64,000 bases of DNA from Geosiphon pyriformis uo1 (Eukaryota; Fungi; Glomeromycota), in the NCBI GenBank assembly GCA_016748015.1, contig JAAOMT010000386.1, positions 3,866 to 67,865 on the forward strand, read 5' to 3'. This document shows, piece by piece, positions 21,570 through 35,000 of this stretch; the first letter of the stretch is position 1; each line of letters begins with the position of its first letter. The notes below the pieces were generated by a model that was given only the letters and a program-made list of their open reading frames with translations, was not told the DNA's origin and searched no databases. The translations under genes were made by a program, and so were the position numbers.

Positions 21570-22948
21570 TTCAAGTTTGGTTGTTGTTTTATTATAATTA
21601 TTGGTTCTAAATTTTGGGGAATATCTTCAGGATTAATTAAAGGTGAATGTGTACTAATTTGTGGAATTAATGGTTCAGAATTGTTTCTGAAGTGATAGTG
21701 TTTCAATCAATCTCTATGTACAACTTTTGCTAGTACTTTGTTATTAAGTCTTAACTTATATAATCCATTGTCTAAAATTTTGTAAATATAAAATGGTCTA
21801 TCCCATTTATGTTCAAATTTTCAACTCCATTGTTTTTCAGCTTTAGTTTTGTATAAGAAAACTTTATTTCCAACTTTAAATTCGTTGGTAACTGGTAGCA
21901 GTTTGTTGTTATGTCTTTTTTTTTGTAGGGCTTAAGAGTATTAAATATGAGTGACTGCTATGTGTCTTTTTTCTTTTAATGTACTAAAAAGAGTGTAAGT
22001 TCTTCTTTAGAGTGTTTTTTGAAAGTTTTTTTCATTGATTGGTTGTACTGGGTATGTTTCCACTATGAAATTAATTGATAATATTGCTGTTCTTCTATAA
22101 GTAAGATTAAATAGTGTGTGTTTTATAGTATTCTGTTTTAGTGTTCTGTATGCTAGTAACACTGATGGAATAAAGATATCTTATTCTTACTCAAAATCTG
22201 TTGAGACTTTGGCTAAAGATTTACACAATGTTCTGTTGAACTGTTTTACAAGTCCATTTATTTGGAAGTGATAAGATAATGATAAAAGTTTTTTGATATT
22301 GAATCATTCACAAATTTTTTGTATCAAGTTGTTCATAAAATGTGTTCCTTAATCAGATAAAAGTTCAATTGGGCATCTATGTGCACAAATAATGTCTTCA
22401 TAAATAAAATTTGCTACTGATTTTGCATCTGCTTTTTGGATGGCTTTAGCTTCAGACCATTTGGTAAGATAATTTATTGCAACTGCAATATAACAATTTC
22501 TTTGGGTTGTGATAGATAATAATCTGACTAAATCAATTCCAACTCTGTCAAAAGATTGTCCAACTTGAATTGGATTTAAAGGTTCTGTGGGGCGAGTTCT
22601 TTTTCTTCTTTAACAACTATCATAAGATTCTACATATTGTTGAATGTCTTTTTGCATATGAGGCCAAAAGTAATGTTCAAGAATTCTTTGAATTGTTTTA
22701 TCTCTTCCCAAGTGTACTAAAGAAGGATCTGTGTACATGTTGTATAGGATTGTTTTTTTTTCATTTTCTTGTACTAATCTGAGTAGTTGGTTCAGATTTC
22801 TGCAATTTTTGTAATAAATTTTGTTATGATGTATAAAATTTTGTTTAGATTGGTATTGTAATCAATGTTTTTTACTTGGAGACCAATTTTCTGGTATGGT
22901 AAGAATCTCTAAATAGTTTTTAATGTTGTTGTAATTTCTGGGATTTAT
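21570..22948 (-). pseudogene. Integrase of gypsy B
   Basis: HHCC finger, rve core, KWD(R)PFYI (GPY/F-like) and terminal LEPIIII. The start codon position reads ATA (ATG in copies A and D). Confidence 0.85.
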
Positions 22949-23005
22949 TGTTGTTTGGTTATTTTGTTGATAGGTTGGTAAATTGTGGTGAGTTTATTCT
23001 TGGTA

Positions 23006-26000
23006 TTAATCTTGTCTCATTCTTGAGAGACTATCAACATTGGTGTGTTTTTTTTTTCTGGTTTGTGGTGTACAATATATTTGTAGTTTGCAAAAAAATC
23101 ATTTTATCAAGACTGTTTGGCACTTTGTTCAGTTTTTTTTATTGAACCATTTGAAACCAATATTGTTAGTTATAATGTCAAATTTTTTTTCATTCTTCAG
23201 ATATTGTTAAAAATGTTTTATAGCCCAAATGACTGCAGCAGCTTCTAATTCAGTTGAGTCATATTTGAGTTTTGTTGGCTTGAGTGTTTTACTGGCATAA
23301 GCAATAACTTGTTCTTGGCTATTTTTATCTAATTGTAATAAGATGACACCAAATATTATATGTGAGGCATCAGTGGCTAGTTAAAACTGTTTGTTAAAAT
23401 CTGAATAAGCAAGAACTAAGGCTGTTGTTAATTTTGTTTTGAGGGTTTCAAAAGCTTTTTGTTGTTCTTCAATCTATTGATATAGCACGTTTTTGTTGAT
23501 AAGATAATTGAGTGGTTTGGCAATTTCTGAGAATCTTTTTATGAATTTTCAATAGTAGAAAGCTAATTCTACAAATCTTTATAGCTCTGTGGTATTTTTG
23601 GGAGTTTGAAAGTTTTTGAAAGCACTGATTGTTCCAGGGTTTGGTTTGACTCTATCTTTGCTAACAATGTATCCAAGAAAGATTAAACTTGTTTTTCTAA
23701 AGTAACATTTCTCAATGTATAACTTTAATTTTTGTTTTTGTAATCATTAAAAAACTTTTTACAGGTAAATAAAATGGGCTTCAAAACTTGGTAAGTACAC
23801 ATTAGTGTTATCAAAATAGACAACTACTAATTGTCATAAAAATCTTTCATATATAATATCTATAAGTCACTGAAATGTTGCTGGTATATTGCAAAGTCCA
23901 AAAGGCATAATATTGAACTTATAGTTTTCTCTTTGAGTAATAAATGCTGTTTTGGGTCGATTTTTTGGGTTCATTTCGACTTGCCAGTATCCACTTTTTA
24001 AGTCTAAAGTTGAGAAAAACTTGGCTTTTCCTAGAGCATCTAGCATGTTATCAATTCTTAAAAGAGGGTAGGCATCTCTAATTGTCATACTGTTCAATTG
24101 GCAATAGTCAACACAAAATCTGATTTTTTTTTTTTTTTTTTAGCAAGGACTACTAAAAAGACCCAAGGACTTCTTGATAGTTGAATCAATTCGTTATTGA
24201 GCATTCTCTGAATTTCTTCTCTGATGAATTGGTGGCTGGCAGGTGGCACTTAATAAGCTTGTTGATGTTTTGGTAGAGCATTTCCTGTGTGAAACTGATG
24301 TTGAACAATATCAGTTTTTCCAAGATCATTGTTTTTTTTGCAAATATGTCAGCAAATTCAGCTATTAGCTATTTTAATTGTCTTTGTTGTTGAGATTCTA
24401 AGAGATTCATGTTGATTTAAGAGAGTTTTTCTTCCAAAAAGTAATAGTTTTTAGTAGTAGGGAGGATGTTTGAATTTAGAAGTAGTATATGTTTTATAAT
24501 TTCGATGAAATTAGAAAAAATTTGAGAGTTTTCATCTTGGAAAATATTGCTGTGTATAATTCCAATCTCTAATTTATTCAATAAAACAATAAAGTAATTA
24601 TTGGAGTTGTAGAATATAACTTAAAATTTTTTCATTTCTTTGGGAATATAAACGTTTAGAATTGAGATTTTATGTTTTAAACAGATTTGTTTATTGGATT
24701 CAAAAATTTGTTAGGTAGTGGTGGGTTTTGAGCAAGTGTAAATTTCATGATGTTCACCAAAAAGTGAAATGGTAATTGGTTGGAGAAGTTGAAGAATCTA
24801 GTAAGATTCATTCTGTGCATTGAGAGCTATATTTACTGGCACTGTAAATCGTCTAGTTGAACCAAAATCTTGAGTTTCTCTTTCACTTTTTTCCAATTGT
24901 TCTCTGTTTTTAACTGATTGTAAACCCGAAATGTTAATTAAGGGTAGATAAATTGCTTGAACAATCTTTTTAGCATGTTTTATTTTGAATGGTTTTTCAG
25001 TTTTGTTTTATAACATGACAGTGATATCTTCAGTATATCTTGCATCTATAACTCCTCCTCTAATATTGATTTTTTTGCTTGCCAATGATAATTGGAAAGC
25101 AATTTGTACCATTGCTCTTGGTAGTATTTTCAGAGCAATTTTAAGATAGATTTTGGTTAAGGATTTTGGTTGAAGAACCAAAATGTTTTTGTCAGAATAT
25201 CTGAAGTCGTATCTTGTATCAATTTTATAGACTTTTTCTGGTTTTATTTCTTGTCCATTGTTGTCAAAGTATTTGAATTATATAGCAGACTGGTTTTTAA
25301 TAAGATAGATTGGTGTGGTTGCAATTTTTTTTTTTGTTTCCAGTTTTCCAAATTCAATTTCTTTCTGGTTATTTTCACTGGATAAGAGGATGCTAAGAGC
25401 ATAGTATTCTGAGCTTTATTTGTTATCACAAGACATAATGCATTCTTCACACAATTGAATGTTCATTTGCTTTAATTATTGAATTTAAGCTTCTTGGGTT
25501 GGGTATGTGTGGCTTGCAATTTGGTGGTATGTTTTTACTTCATCTTCATAGTTGAATCCAGCTAATTTTTTTGTGTATTCAATATATTCAGCTTCTTTTA
25601 TTTGTTGAACATCTTCCTGTATGGCTCTATTAATTAAAGTCATTGCTAAATCAAAGATCATTTCAGTATTATGAGGATAATGGTAAAATTTGTTGAGACC
25701 ATTATTGTATACTGTATCAAAAAGTGTTCCTCTTTTAACTTTTTTTGAAATTGATAGGACATATTGGCAGGTTTGGTCACATACTCCTCCTCTCATTGTA
25801 ACATTAATCCAGTTGCATTTTTTTGGTAGCATATTTTTATATGTAAGGCAAGGAGTGTTGTCCTATTTTCCACTCCTTTTGGAATATTCAATTTGTTCTC
25901 TATGGCATGCTTTGCAAAAGTAGCAGATGCAAGTTTCATATTCCTCTTCTGGAGAAATACATGCTTTTATTGATGAAAGTTTTTTGTTGCAATCTTTGCA

Positions 26001-28560
26001 TTTGAGTGGGATGTAGAATGGTTGTTTCCGTGGTTCTGGTGTAAAATATCTAACTACATTCCATCTTTTGGTCTTTTCAAAGATTTCTTGTTCTGTTTCC
26101 TCACCCCAACTGGATATTGATTTAAAAGCCATAAAGGTTTTAGTAATTGGTAGTTTTTTTTCCTCTTCAAATTCGAATACTAAAATTTTCTTAGATTTTT
26201 TATTAAAAGTACTACAGATGGCAGGTACTCTAGTGTATTGTTCTTGATATGAAATTTTCAATTTCTGGGTTTCCCAATCTAAATTTGCATTGGTCTTAAG
26301 AAGCCAATTATTTTCAACAAAAGCTTGGTATTGTGATGTATTCATAACTAAAACTTTGATTGAAATAATGATTTCATCAATTATAAATGAAAAGTTGTCA
26401 ATTTCTCCTACTGGTGTCTTTTTCATCCTATTTGCTGTAACAATTACAGTTTGGGCTGGTCTGTCAACAGTTCTTTGAAGCTATTGCATTACTTGGTAGG
26501 TGATAATACTCCAGCTGATCCACTGTTTAAGATTAATTGAATTGGTTTTTCTTCAACTTCAGCTTCAGTATACATTGCTGTAATTGCTTTTTGTTCATTG
26601 ACTGCTGCATTGCTAAGCAAGAATGATGATTCATTGACTTCAAATGAAAATATATCTGAGAGGTTGGCATTTTGAGCAATTTGAGTTGGTGGAATAGTAT
26701 TGTTAGAAGGGTTTGATCTTAATGCTGCAACTTTATCTTCAAAAAGTGTAGTTTGTTAAAAATCCGATTTTTTTGGTATTGTAACATAACTGGGTTGAAT
26801 GTGGTAGTAATTGGGTCTTTGCTAACCAGAATTTCGGGGAACCAACTGGTTATTTGGGTTGATTCTGTTGTTATTGTTCTGAAATTGATTTTAAGGTGTA
26901 AATTGGTTATGTTAAACCAATCTTCAGGCTGGTACTTGGTATTGTTGTGTAAATGGTTGTTGATACTGTTGAGTTTGTAGAGGTTGTTGATATTGCTGCT
27001 GTGAAACAGGTTAATAGTAGTTGTTCTGCTATTGGAGTCTTGAAGAATAGTAGACTAATGGTGGAGACTGGTAATGAGATTGCTATTGAAATGTAATGTT
27101 GATTACTTCTGTTTTGTTGGTCTCTTTGTAGCTTTTTGCAATCTCGTTTCCAATGTTCTGGAATTCTACAATAGTAACAACTTTGGTTTTAATTGTTTGA
27201 TAATAATGAATAGTTGGTTTGGTTTTGTTTTTATGGTGGCTAATATTTTTGTGGTTGTTGCTATTGTTGTTGATTGGTAAAATAATTTTCAATCTTCTTT
27301 GTAAGTTGGTCAATTTTCTCTTCAGCTACTGAGCTGGTTTCTCTAATAGCAAGATTCACAAGTTTAGTATGATTTGCTTTTTTCATTGTCATTTCATAGT
27401 TTTTTACATGTTTAATGGCTGTTGCTAAGTCTTCTGAGACATGTGAGTGAACTTTTTTGATTAATTTGTTTTTTAATCCTGCTATAAATTGATCCAAAAT
27501 CTGGGCATTGGAATAGTATTCATTGGTTTCTAATTGTCAAATTCATAGAAAAAGTTTGTTGAATCTTCCAAGATAGGTTATAACAGTTTCAGATGTTTTT
27601 TGTTTGATATTGTAAAAGCAATTTCAGAAAGTAATAGAGGTGTTGTTATTAGTGAATTGTTGTAAGAAAGCATCTTTGAATGCTTGCCAGTTTCCAAATA
27701 GTTCTTCTAAGTTTTCAAACCATTCTCTTGTAGTTCCTTGGAGAAAGTATAGAATTGCTTTGAGTATTTTTGCTATATTCCAACCATTTGCATCTCCTGC
27801 TTTTTGAACTTTGTCAAGCCATTCTTGAAGGCTGGTATTATTGTCTTTACCAGTAAATTTTGGGATTTTTGCAATATAAGCAGTTACTATTTCTTCTTTG
27901 TTTTCTGTAGTTTCTTTTTGTTCTGATTCAGTTTCCTTACTTTCCAAGTTCTCTGAATAATTACTTTCATTTTCTTGTAAGTAATCAATAATATTGGTGC
28001 TGGTTGATATGGGTTTTTGCTATTGAATAGGACTTTTGGGTGGCTGAAAATCTTCTGGTCTTGAGAAACAAATAAGTGGTGAATTTGATGTTTGTGGTTG
28101 AGCAAGTAAAATTGGAAAGGGTGTGACTGAAAGTGGAAGTCTGGTGCTGGTTCCTTGTTCTGGAGTTTGCAAGTATTTGGCAGTTATTTTTGGTGTCTTT
28201 GAAGTGGTTGAGATGGTGCTTGAATGTTGTTTTAGTTTTTGTTTGTTTTTGTTTGTTTTTGTTGCTTGTTTCTGTTTTTGATTCAAAGTTAATAGAGTAT
28301 TTAGGCTGTACTGGGTATTTTTCTTCACAATACTAAATAATGCTAAAGTTAAATTCTTGGAAGTAGATGACAAGAGTTTTACTGTTCAGGTTTTTTGTTT
28401 TCAATTGTAAATAGTACACTAAATTATTCTAGAGATTGCTTCTAACTTCTGAAATATTGTAGTTTCCAAAAAGATAATTGTTGATATGGTTTTCAATATA
28501 TTAGTATACTGATTTCTTAACAACTTTAATTCCGTCTGAGATGTTGAATCTTTGTTTGCA
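23006..28560 (-). pseudogene. gag-protease-Cys-rich-dUTPase-RT-RNase H region of gypsy B
   Basis: Retrotransposon gag (AYIAKIPKFTG...WLDKVQKAGDANGW), protease near 26530, dUTPase ~24850-25280, RT 23867-24097. The frame ends SLSRMRQD*. Confidence 0.88.
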
Positions 28561-28644
28561 GTGGATGTAAATTGACTGATAATACTCTAAAGTTGTTGTG
28601 TCTAGTATGGTTACCACTTTGAATTTGTTGTTGCTGTGTTATTT

Positions 28645-28660
28645 CTATAGGAGAGCACCA
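28645..28660 (-). promoter_or_regulatory. Primer-binding site of gypsy B (decayed)
   Basis: TGGTGCTCTCCTATAG two nt after the 5' LTR; similar to the PBS of element D. Confidence 0.65.
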
Positions 28661-28662
28661 AA

Positions 28663-29632
28663 TATTACCAGAGGTTTTTGGTTTCTTTTCTTGAATGTTG
28701 TTAATGTTGATTTGCTATAAATTGACGTTTTTAAGAAGTAGTTAGACCTCCAGTAACTGAATTTATCTTCAAATTATCTTTTATAATTTGAACTGCTGGG
28801 CTTATAAGTAGAATGACCAATTCTTTACCAGTTACTTTGTGTAGTTATGTTGTAGTAAATGTCAACTTTTTCCCAGGAATTGCTTGTTTGAAAGCTCACT
28901 AAAAATGTGTAGTTACTTTGCTGTAAAAGTCAATTCTTCTACAAAAATCTTGTCTCTAGACTACCTTAATAATTGTAATAAGAAAAAGAAAAATAAATAA
29001 AAGAAATATAAAAGAAATAGAATTTTGATCAAGAGAAACGTTTTCTATCTAGATCTGGAGTCATTAACAGATTACTGAAATTGGTAGTTAATCAATTTTA
29101 AAACATTAGTTGTGTTGAGGGAGTTCCAATTGTAATAATTAGAGAATTTGGTTTTCGAATATTTAATTTTATTTGAATGTATAAAAGGTAATTTGTTCTA
29201 ATTAAGATATTTAAAATAAGATATTATGTTAAAATACTATGAAAAGATACATTTTTTTGAAAAGAGAAGCTCTTCTTTTATACAACTTGTTGTAGTACTA
29301 GTCTTTGAACTTGCATTTTTCTCTTTGCTACAATTTAGATAAACTAAAAATACATTTCAGCAAACTACAAGTTATTTCACTGAACTATTGATTATTTCGG
29401 CCAATTTTCATTAATTTCGGCGAATTTTGACTATGTTAAATGATTCAGAGTATTGTGTAATTTGATCATCTTAATTTCTATGATACAAATCGAATTATTG
29501 ATTAAGTAATGATATTTGATAATTTGATTAAACAATAAGTAATATTCAAATAATAATAATATATGCTAATTAATAATAGGAATTATGAGGATAATTTCAT
29601 GCTAATTAATAGCTAAAATTCTACTGGTAACA
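28663..29632 (-). repeat. 5' LTR of gypsy B
   Basis: Direct repeat of 19721-20729; TATAAA-like box on the minus strand near 29277-29282. Confidence 0.95.
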
Positions 29633-32052
29633 GCATTTTTTGAATTACATTTATTTAATGTTATTAGTATTTTTATTTTTAAATTTCTATTAATTCTGAT
29701 TAGCTTGCTTTTAAATTTTATTAAGATAAACATCCAAAAAACCACTTAGACCAATTGAAACTAAGACCATTTTATGATTAGTATTAAAAAATTCTTACAT
29801 AATTTTAACTTTATAACTTGCAACTGTACATGTCAGATTTTTATTTACAAATATAAAATTCAACACTTTCTCAACATCTTTAGAGTTGTTCTAAATAAAA
29901 GTTTTGTCCAAAGAATACTTATTGAAAACATTAACCAGACCCAGATCTGAACAAAACTTAAAATTTACACTTTTTTTGGACCCATTTTTATTAAAATTCC
30001 TATCTAAAATTATAAAAGAGCTAAAATTAACCACTTTAAAAATAGTAGAGTTGATAATAAAAGTCTAATTAAACTGCATACCAGCAGAAATTCTAGTATA
30101 TAAACTTAAAATTATAACTAAAAGCTTGTTTTTAAACAAAAGCTATATGAAAATTAAATAATTTAGAACTTTATTTATCTTAGAAATATGATAAGCCAAA
30201 GAGCTATTTATAATTATAGCAACACCTGTACCAAAAAAACCAACATTTAAACCAGAAGTAAAAATTTAAACTCTATTAAACTTATTTATAATTTATGGTC
30301 TAATACTAAACCTTAATTTAGTTTTTGTAATAATCAAAATTATATTTTTTGATTTTATATGACAACAAACAACATTTTTTTGCTTGGTAAAAACATTAAA
30401 ACTTCGAATGTTACACATAGCAATCTTTCAAACCAAATTTGTTATTAAGAAAAATGAAATCTTGATCTTAAAACAAAATTGTCAACTTTGGTTAAAAGGT
30501 CCATAATTATATTTGAAAAACTTATTAAGCTATCTTTTAATTTAAAAACTATTAATAAATCTAAAGACACTATTTTTACAACAGTTTTATCAACAATAGA
30601 TGCATTTGAACTCTTACTTATTATTATATTTACTTTTTGATTTTGTGATAAAGAGTTATCAATAGCTAATATTTAGGACTAAACTGAAAAACTATTGGCC
30701 CAAATACATCTAATCTTTTAGCCAGCTTATTGACCTGCTTTACAAGACTGACAAGTCTGTATTCAAGAGCAGTAAACCTATTATTTACATTCAAAAAAAC
30801 CAGTAGAAATAGTTTAATATTTAAAGATAAACCAATACTAAAAAGAATCAAAGACACTATACAAGAAGTAGAACTACTAGCAATCTACATCTAAGTTTTT
30901 TTACCAAATAAAATAGGATAAATAATTGGTATTTATTTTTTTTATATATGTCTGCCAAATAAATTTGATCTTAAAAAGTAATTAACTATTTATTACAACT
31001 GTCTAAATTTCTACCTATTGAACACATACTAGAAATATAACCAAAATAATTGTATTAAACACAGTAGACCAAAGAAAAACCAGTTTAATGCAAATTTACA
31101 CTTCTAAAAACTGGTGTAAAACCAATAGCAGCTTTTTTAAAAACTTTATCAACAAAACAAATTATAGTATATTTGTTATATACATATAAATTTAAATTAT
31201 GGCCAACAAAACAAGTTTTTTCACTATATGATTTCAGCAAATTAGAAAAATTATAAGCAGTAGTGCCAATTGGCAAAGTATACAGCAAAGTTTAATAAAG
31301 ATCTTAATACTTATAACTGTTTATTATTGATTGCCAAAGCCATACACACAGAATTTTTTTCCATAAAAATTAACCAATTAAAAATAATTAAACTGCCAAT
31401 ATTTAATAATTTAAACTCAACTAAGGCCTTTTGTTAAAGACAAATTAGCTGTATTTTGATTAAAATAATCTTATTAAATTTAGAAAAAACCGATTTTACT
31501 GTCAATTTGGAAAGATAAACAGAAATTTTTTTAATAATTACCTCCTAATTTGTATGGTTATTTGGTTTTCTAATGTCATTTTAACCAGAATTTTTTTATT
31601 GATTGCCAATTTTTTTGTCTTATTCAAATTCAACTCAGATGTAAAAAAAGATCTAATTATTCCAGAAAGTTTTGAAAAAGTAAAGACTTCCCCAAAACCA
31701 TTTATATAATAAAAATTTTTTTCATACATAATAATTCATTATTATTATTTTACCAAAAATGACAAACAACTCAATATTCAATGTAAATAATTTAACCAAA
31801 TTGAAATTTTATTTTTTTGAAACATATAATCTAACCAGTAAAAGTTGCTTAAAGTCATTAAACTTAAGTAATAGAAACATTAAAACGTTATTGTTATTAC
31901 TCAAATCCACAAATGAAAAAGTTTTTGGTAAGTGACCCAACACATATATTTGAGTGTGAGTTTTCTACAGTATGATATTATCCATATTATTATTAATTAC
32001 CAAATAGTTTGAATTTCCATAGTTAGTTTTTTTGGCAATTATAGTTTTCTTA

Positions 32053-35000
32053 AAATAATCTGTCTTATTTATGTTCAAATTTCTTACTTCATTGTTTTTT
32101 AGTCTTAATTTTGTATAAAAAAACTTTGTTTTTAACTTTAAATTTGTTGGTAACTAGTGGCAATTTGTTGTTATGTCATTTTTTTTGTTAAGCTTAAAAG
32201 TATTTGATATAGATGGCTGCAATTTGTTGTTTTTCTTCCAATGTATTAAGAAAAATATAGGCTCTTTTTTAAAGTGTTTTATAAAATTTTTCTTCTGTAA
32301 TAAGTTGTACTGAATATGTTTTTACCATAAAGTTAATTAGTAATATTGCTGTTCTTTTATAGTTAAATTAAATAGTGTGTATTTTATTATATCTTATTTT
32401 AGTATTCTATATGTTAGTAATACTAATAAAATAAAAATATTTTATTTTTGTTCAAAGTCAATTGAAACTTTGGCTAACAATTTACACAATATTTGGTTAA
32501 AATATTTTACAAGTTTATTTGATTGTGAATGATACAAAAATAATAAAAGTCTTTTAATATTAAATTATTTACAAAATATGTTTTTTGATTAAATAAGAGT
32601 TTAATTAAATATTTATGTTTACAAATAATGTCTTTATAAATGAAATTTGCTACTAATTTTGTGTTTGCTTATTAGATGGCTCAGGTTTTAGGCCATTTGG
32701 TAAGATAATTTACTATAGCTGCTATATAATAGTTTTTTTAAGTGGTAATGAATAGTAGTTCGATTAAATTAATACTAATTCTATCAAAAAGTTGTCCAAC
32801 TTTGATTAAATTTAAAGATTTAATAAGACAAGTTCTTTTTTATTGACAATTATTACATAATTTTACATATTATTAAATATTTTTTTATATGTAAAACCAA
32901 AAGTAATATTTTAATATTCTTTAAATTGTATTATTTTTTTTAGATATGCTAATAATAAATTTGTATACATATTGTACAAAATAGTTTTTTTCTTGTTTTT
33001 TTGAATTAATTTAAGTAAATTTATTGGATTTTTATAATTTTGATAATAAATTTTATTATGATATAAAAAATATTGTTTTAATTGGTGTTATAATTACTGT
33101 TTTTTAATTGGAGACTAGTTTTCTAGCATAATAAAGCCTTTAAATAATTTTTAATGTTGTTGTAATTTTTAGAGATCCATTGTTTGTTAATTGTTTATTG
33201 TTGTTGAACTGGTAGATTGTGGTAAAGTTGGAATTGGTATAAATTCGGTTTTATACTTAAGAAGCTATTTATATTAATATATAGTTTTTTTGGTTTGTAG
33301 TATATAATATATTTGTAATTAATGAGAAAATTAGTTTATTGAAATTGTTTTGCAATAAGTTTAATTTTTTTTGTTGAACTATTTAAGACCAATGTTGTTA
33401 ATTATAATGTTAAATTCTTTTTCATTTTACAGATATTGTTGAAAATGCTTTAAAGTCTAAATAACAGTTGCTGTTTTTAATTCAATAGAATCATATTTGG
33501 TTTCAGTAAGTTTGAGTGTTTTACTAACATAAACAATAACTTACTTATTGTTTCTGTTATTTAATTGTAATAGAATGACACTAAATGCTGTATATAAAGC
33601 ATTAATTGCTAAGTGAAATCTTTTGTTAAAGTTGGGATAAACAAAAATTAAAGCTGTAGTAAATCTTTCTTTAAAAGTATTAAATACTTGTTGTTAGGCT
33701 TAGATCTATTAGTATTTAATATTTTTATTGATCAGCTAGTTAAGTAGTTTGGTGATTTAAAAAAAATTTTTGATAAATTTCTAGTAATAAAAGACTAATT
33801 TTATAAATTCTTTTAGTTCTATAGTATTTTATGGGATTTGAAAGTTTTTGACAGCACTAATTGTTTCTGAATTAGATTGAATTTTATTCTTGTTAACAAT
33901 ATATCCAGAAAAAATCAAATTTATTTTCCTGAAATAATATTTTTTAATGTTCAATTTTAATTCTGCTTTTTATAATTATCAAAAAACTTTTTTAGGTAGA
34001 TTAAATAATATAATATTAAACTTATTGTTTTTTTTTGTGTAATAAATACTGTTTTAGAACAGTTTTTGAACTTTATTTCAACTTATCAGTATCCACTTTC
34101 TAAGTTTAAAGTTGAAAAAAACTTTGCTTTTTCTAATATATTGTTAATTTTTGGAAAAAAATATGCATTTTTATTTGTTATACTGTTAAGTTGTTAATAA
34201 TTTACACAGAATCTGATCTTGCTATTTTTTTTAACAAAAACAACTGATGAGGCCTAAAAACTTTTTGATAATTATATAAGATTATTATTAAATATTTATT
34301 GTACTTTTTTTCTAATAAATTAGTGGCTGGCAGATAAAATCTGATAAGTTTGTTAGTATTTTAATAAAACATCTCTTATGTGAATTTAATGTTGTACAAT
34401 GTCAGTTTTTTAAAGATAATTGTTGTTTTTGGCAAATATATTAGCATATTTAACAATTAACTGTTTCAATTGTCTTTGTTGTTGAAATTTTAAGAAATTT
34501 ATGTTGATTTAAGAAAGTTTTTTTTTATAATATGGTAATTTTCAGTACTTAAAATAATATTTGAGTTTGAGAGTAGTATATGTTTCATGATTTCAATAAA
34601 ATTAAAAACAATTTAAGAGATTTTATTTTGGAAAATATTGCTATATATGATTCCAATTTCTAATTTATTTAATAAAATAATAAAATATTTGCTAGAATTG
34701 TAAAAAATAACTCAGAATTTTTTTATTTTTTTTGAAATATAGACATTTAAAATTAAGATTTTATGCTTTGTACAGAGTTGTTTGTTTAATTCAAAAATTT
34801 GCTGTATAATAATAAGTTTTGAGCAAATGTAAATTTTATAATTTTCTCCAAAAAATGAAATAATAATTAATTATAGAAGTTAAAAAATCTGGTGAAATTT
34901 ATTTTGTATATTAAAAGCTATATTTATTAGAACTGTAAATTATTTAGTTGAACCAAAATCTTGAATTCATTTATTATTTTTGCTTAATTGTTTTTTTTAA

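Larger units (their letters stand above)
19721..29632 (-). mobile_element. Full-length Ty3/gypsy element B (same family as A and C)
   Basis: Paired LTRs with TGTTAC...GTAACA termini, 4-bp TSD GCAT (19717-19720, 29633-29636), PBS and PPT. Decayed gag, protease (LILNSGSAG), dUTPase, RT, RH and IN. Confidence 0.95.
16076..32052 (-). mobile_element. LINE2: heavily decayed APE/RT/RNase H LINE, split by gypsy B (parts 16076-19720 and 29637-32052), both ends truncated
   Basis: Remnants are colinear with LINE3: ORF1 (LYTLPIGTTAYNFSNLLKSYSEKTCFVG), APE start near 30445, RT at ~18000-19000, RNase H (KIYTDN...) at ~16750-17140, and a C-terminal Cys/His region. Confidence 0.8.

Noticed and set aside
21570-21800. 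Chromodomain at the integrase C-terminus
   Set aside because: The frame ends shortly after the GPY/F-like motif (LEPIIII) with no chromodomain aromatic pattern.
19721-29632. Calling the hypermutation classical RIP
   Set aside because: Contexts include clear CpG decay and mixed dinucleotides. A CpA- or TpCpG-specific signature cannot be shown by eye, so it is reported only as transition hypermutation.
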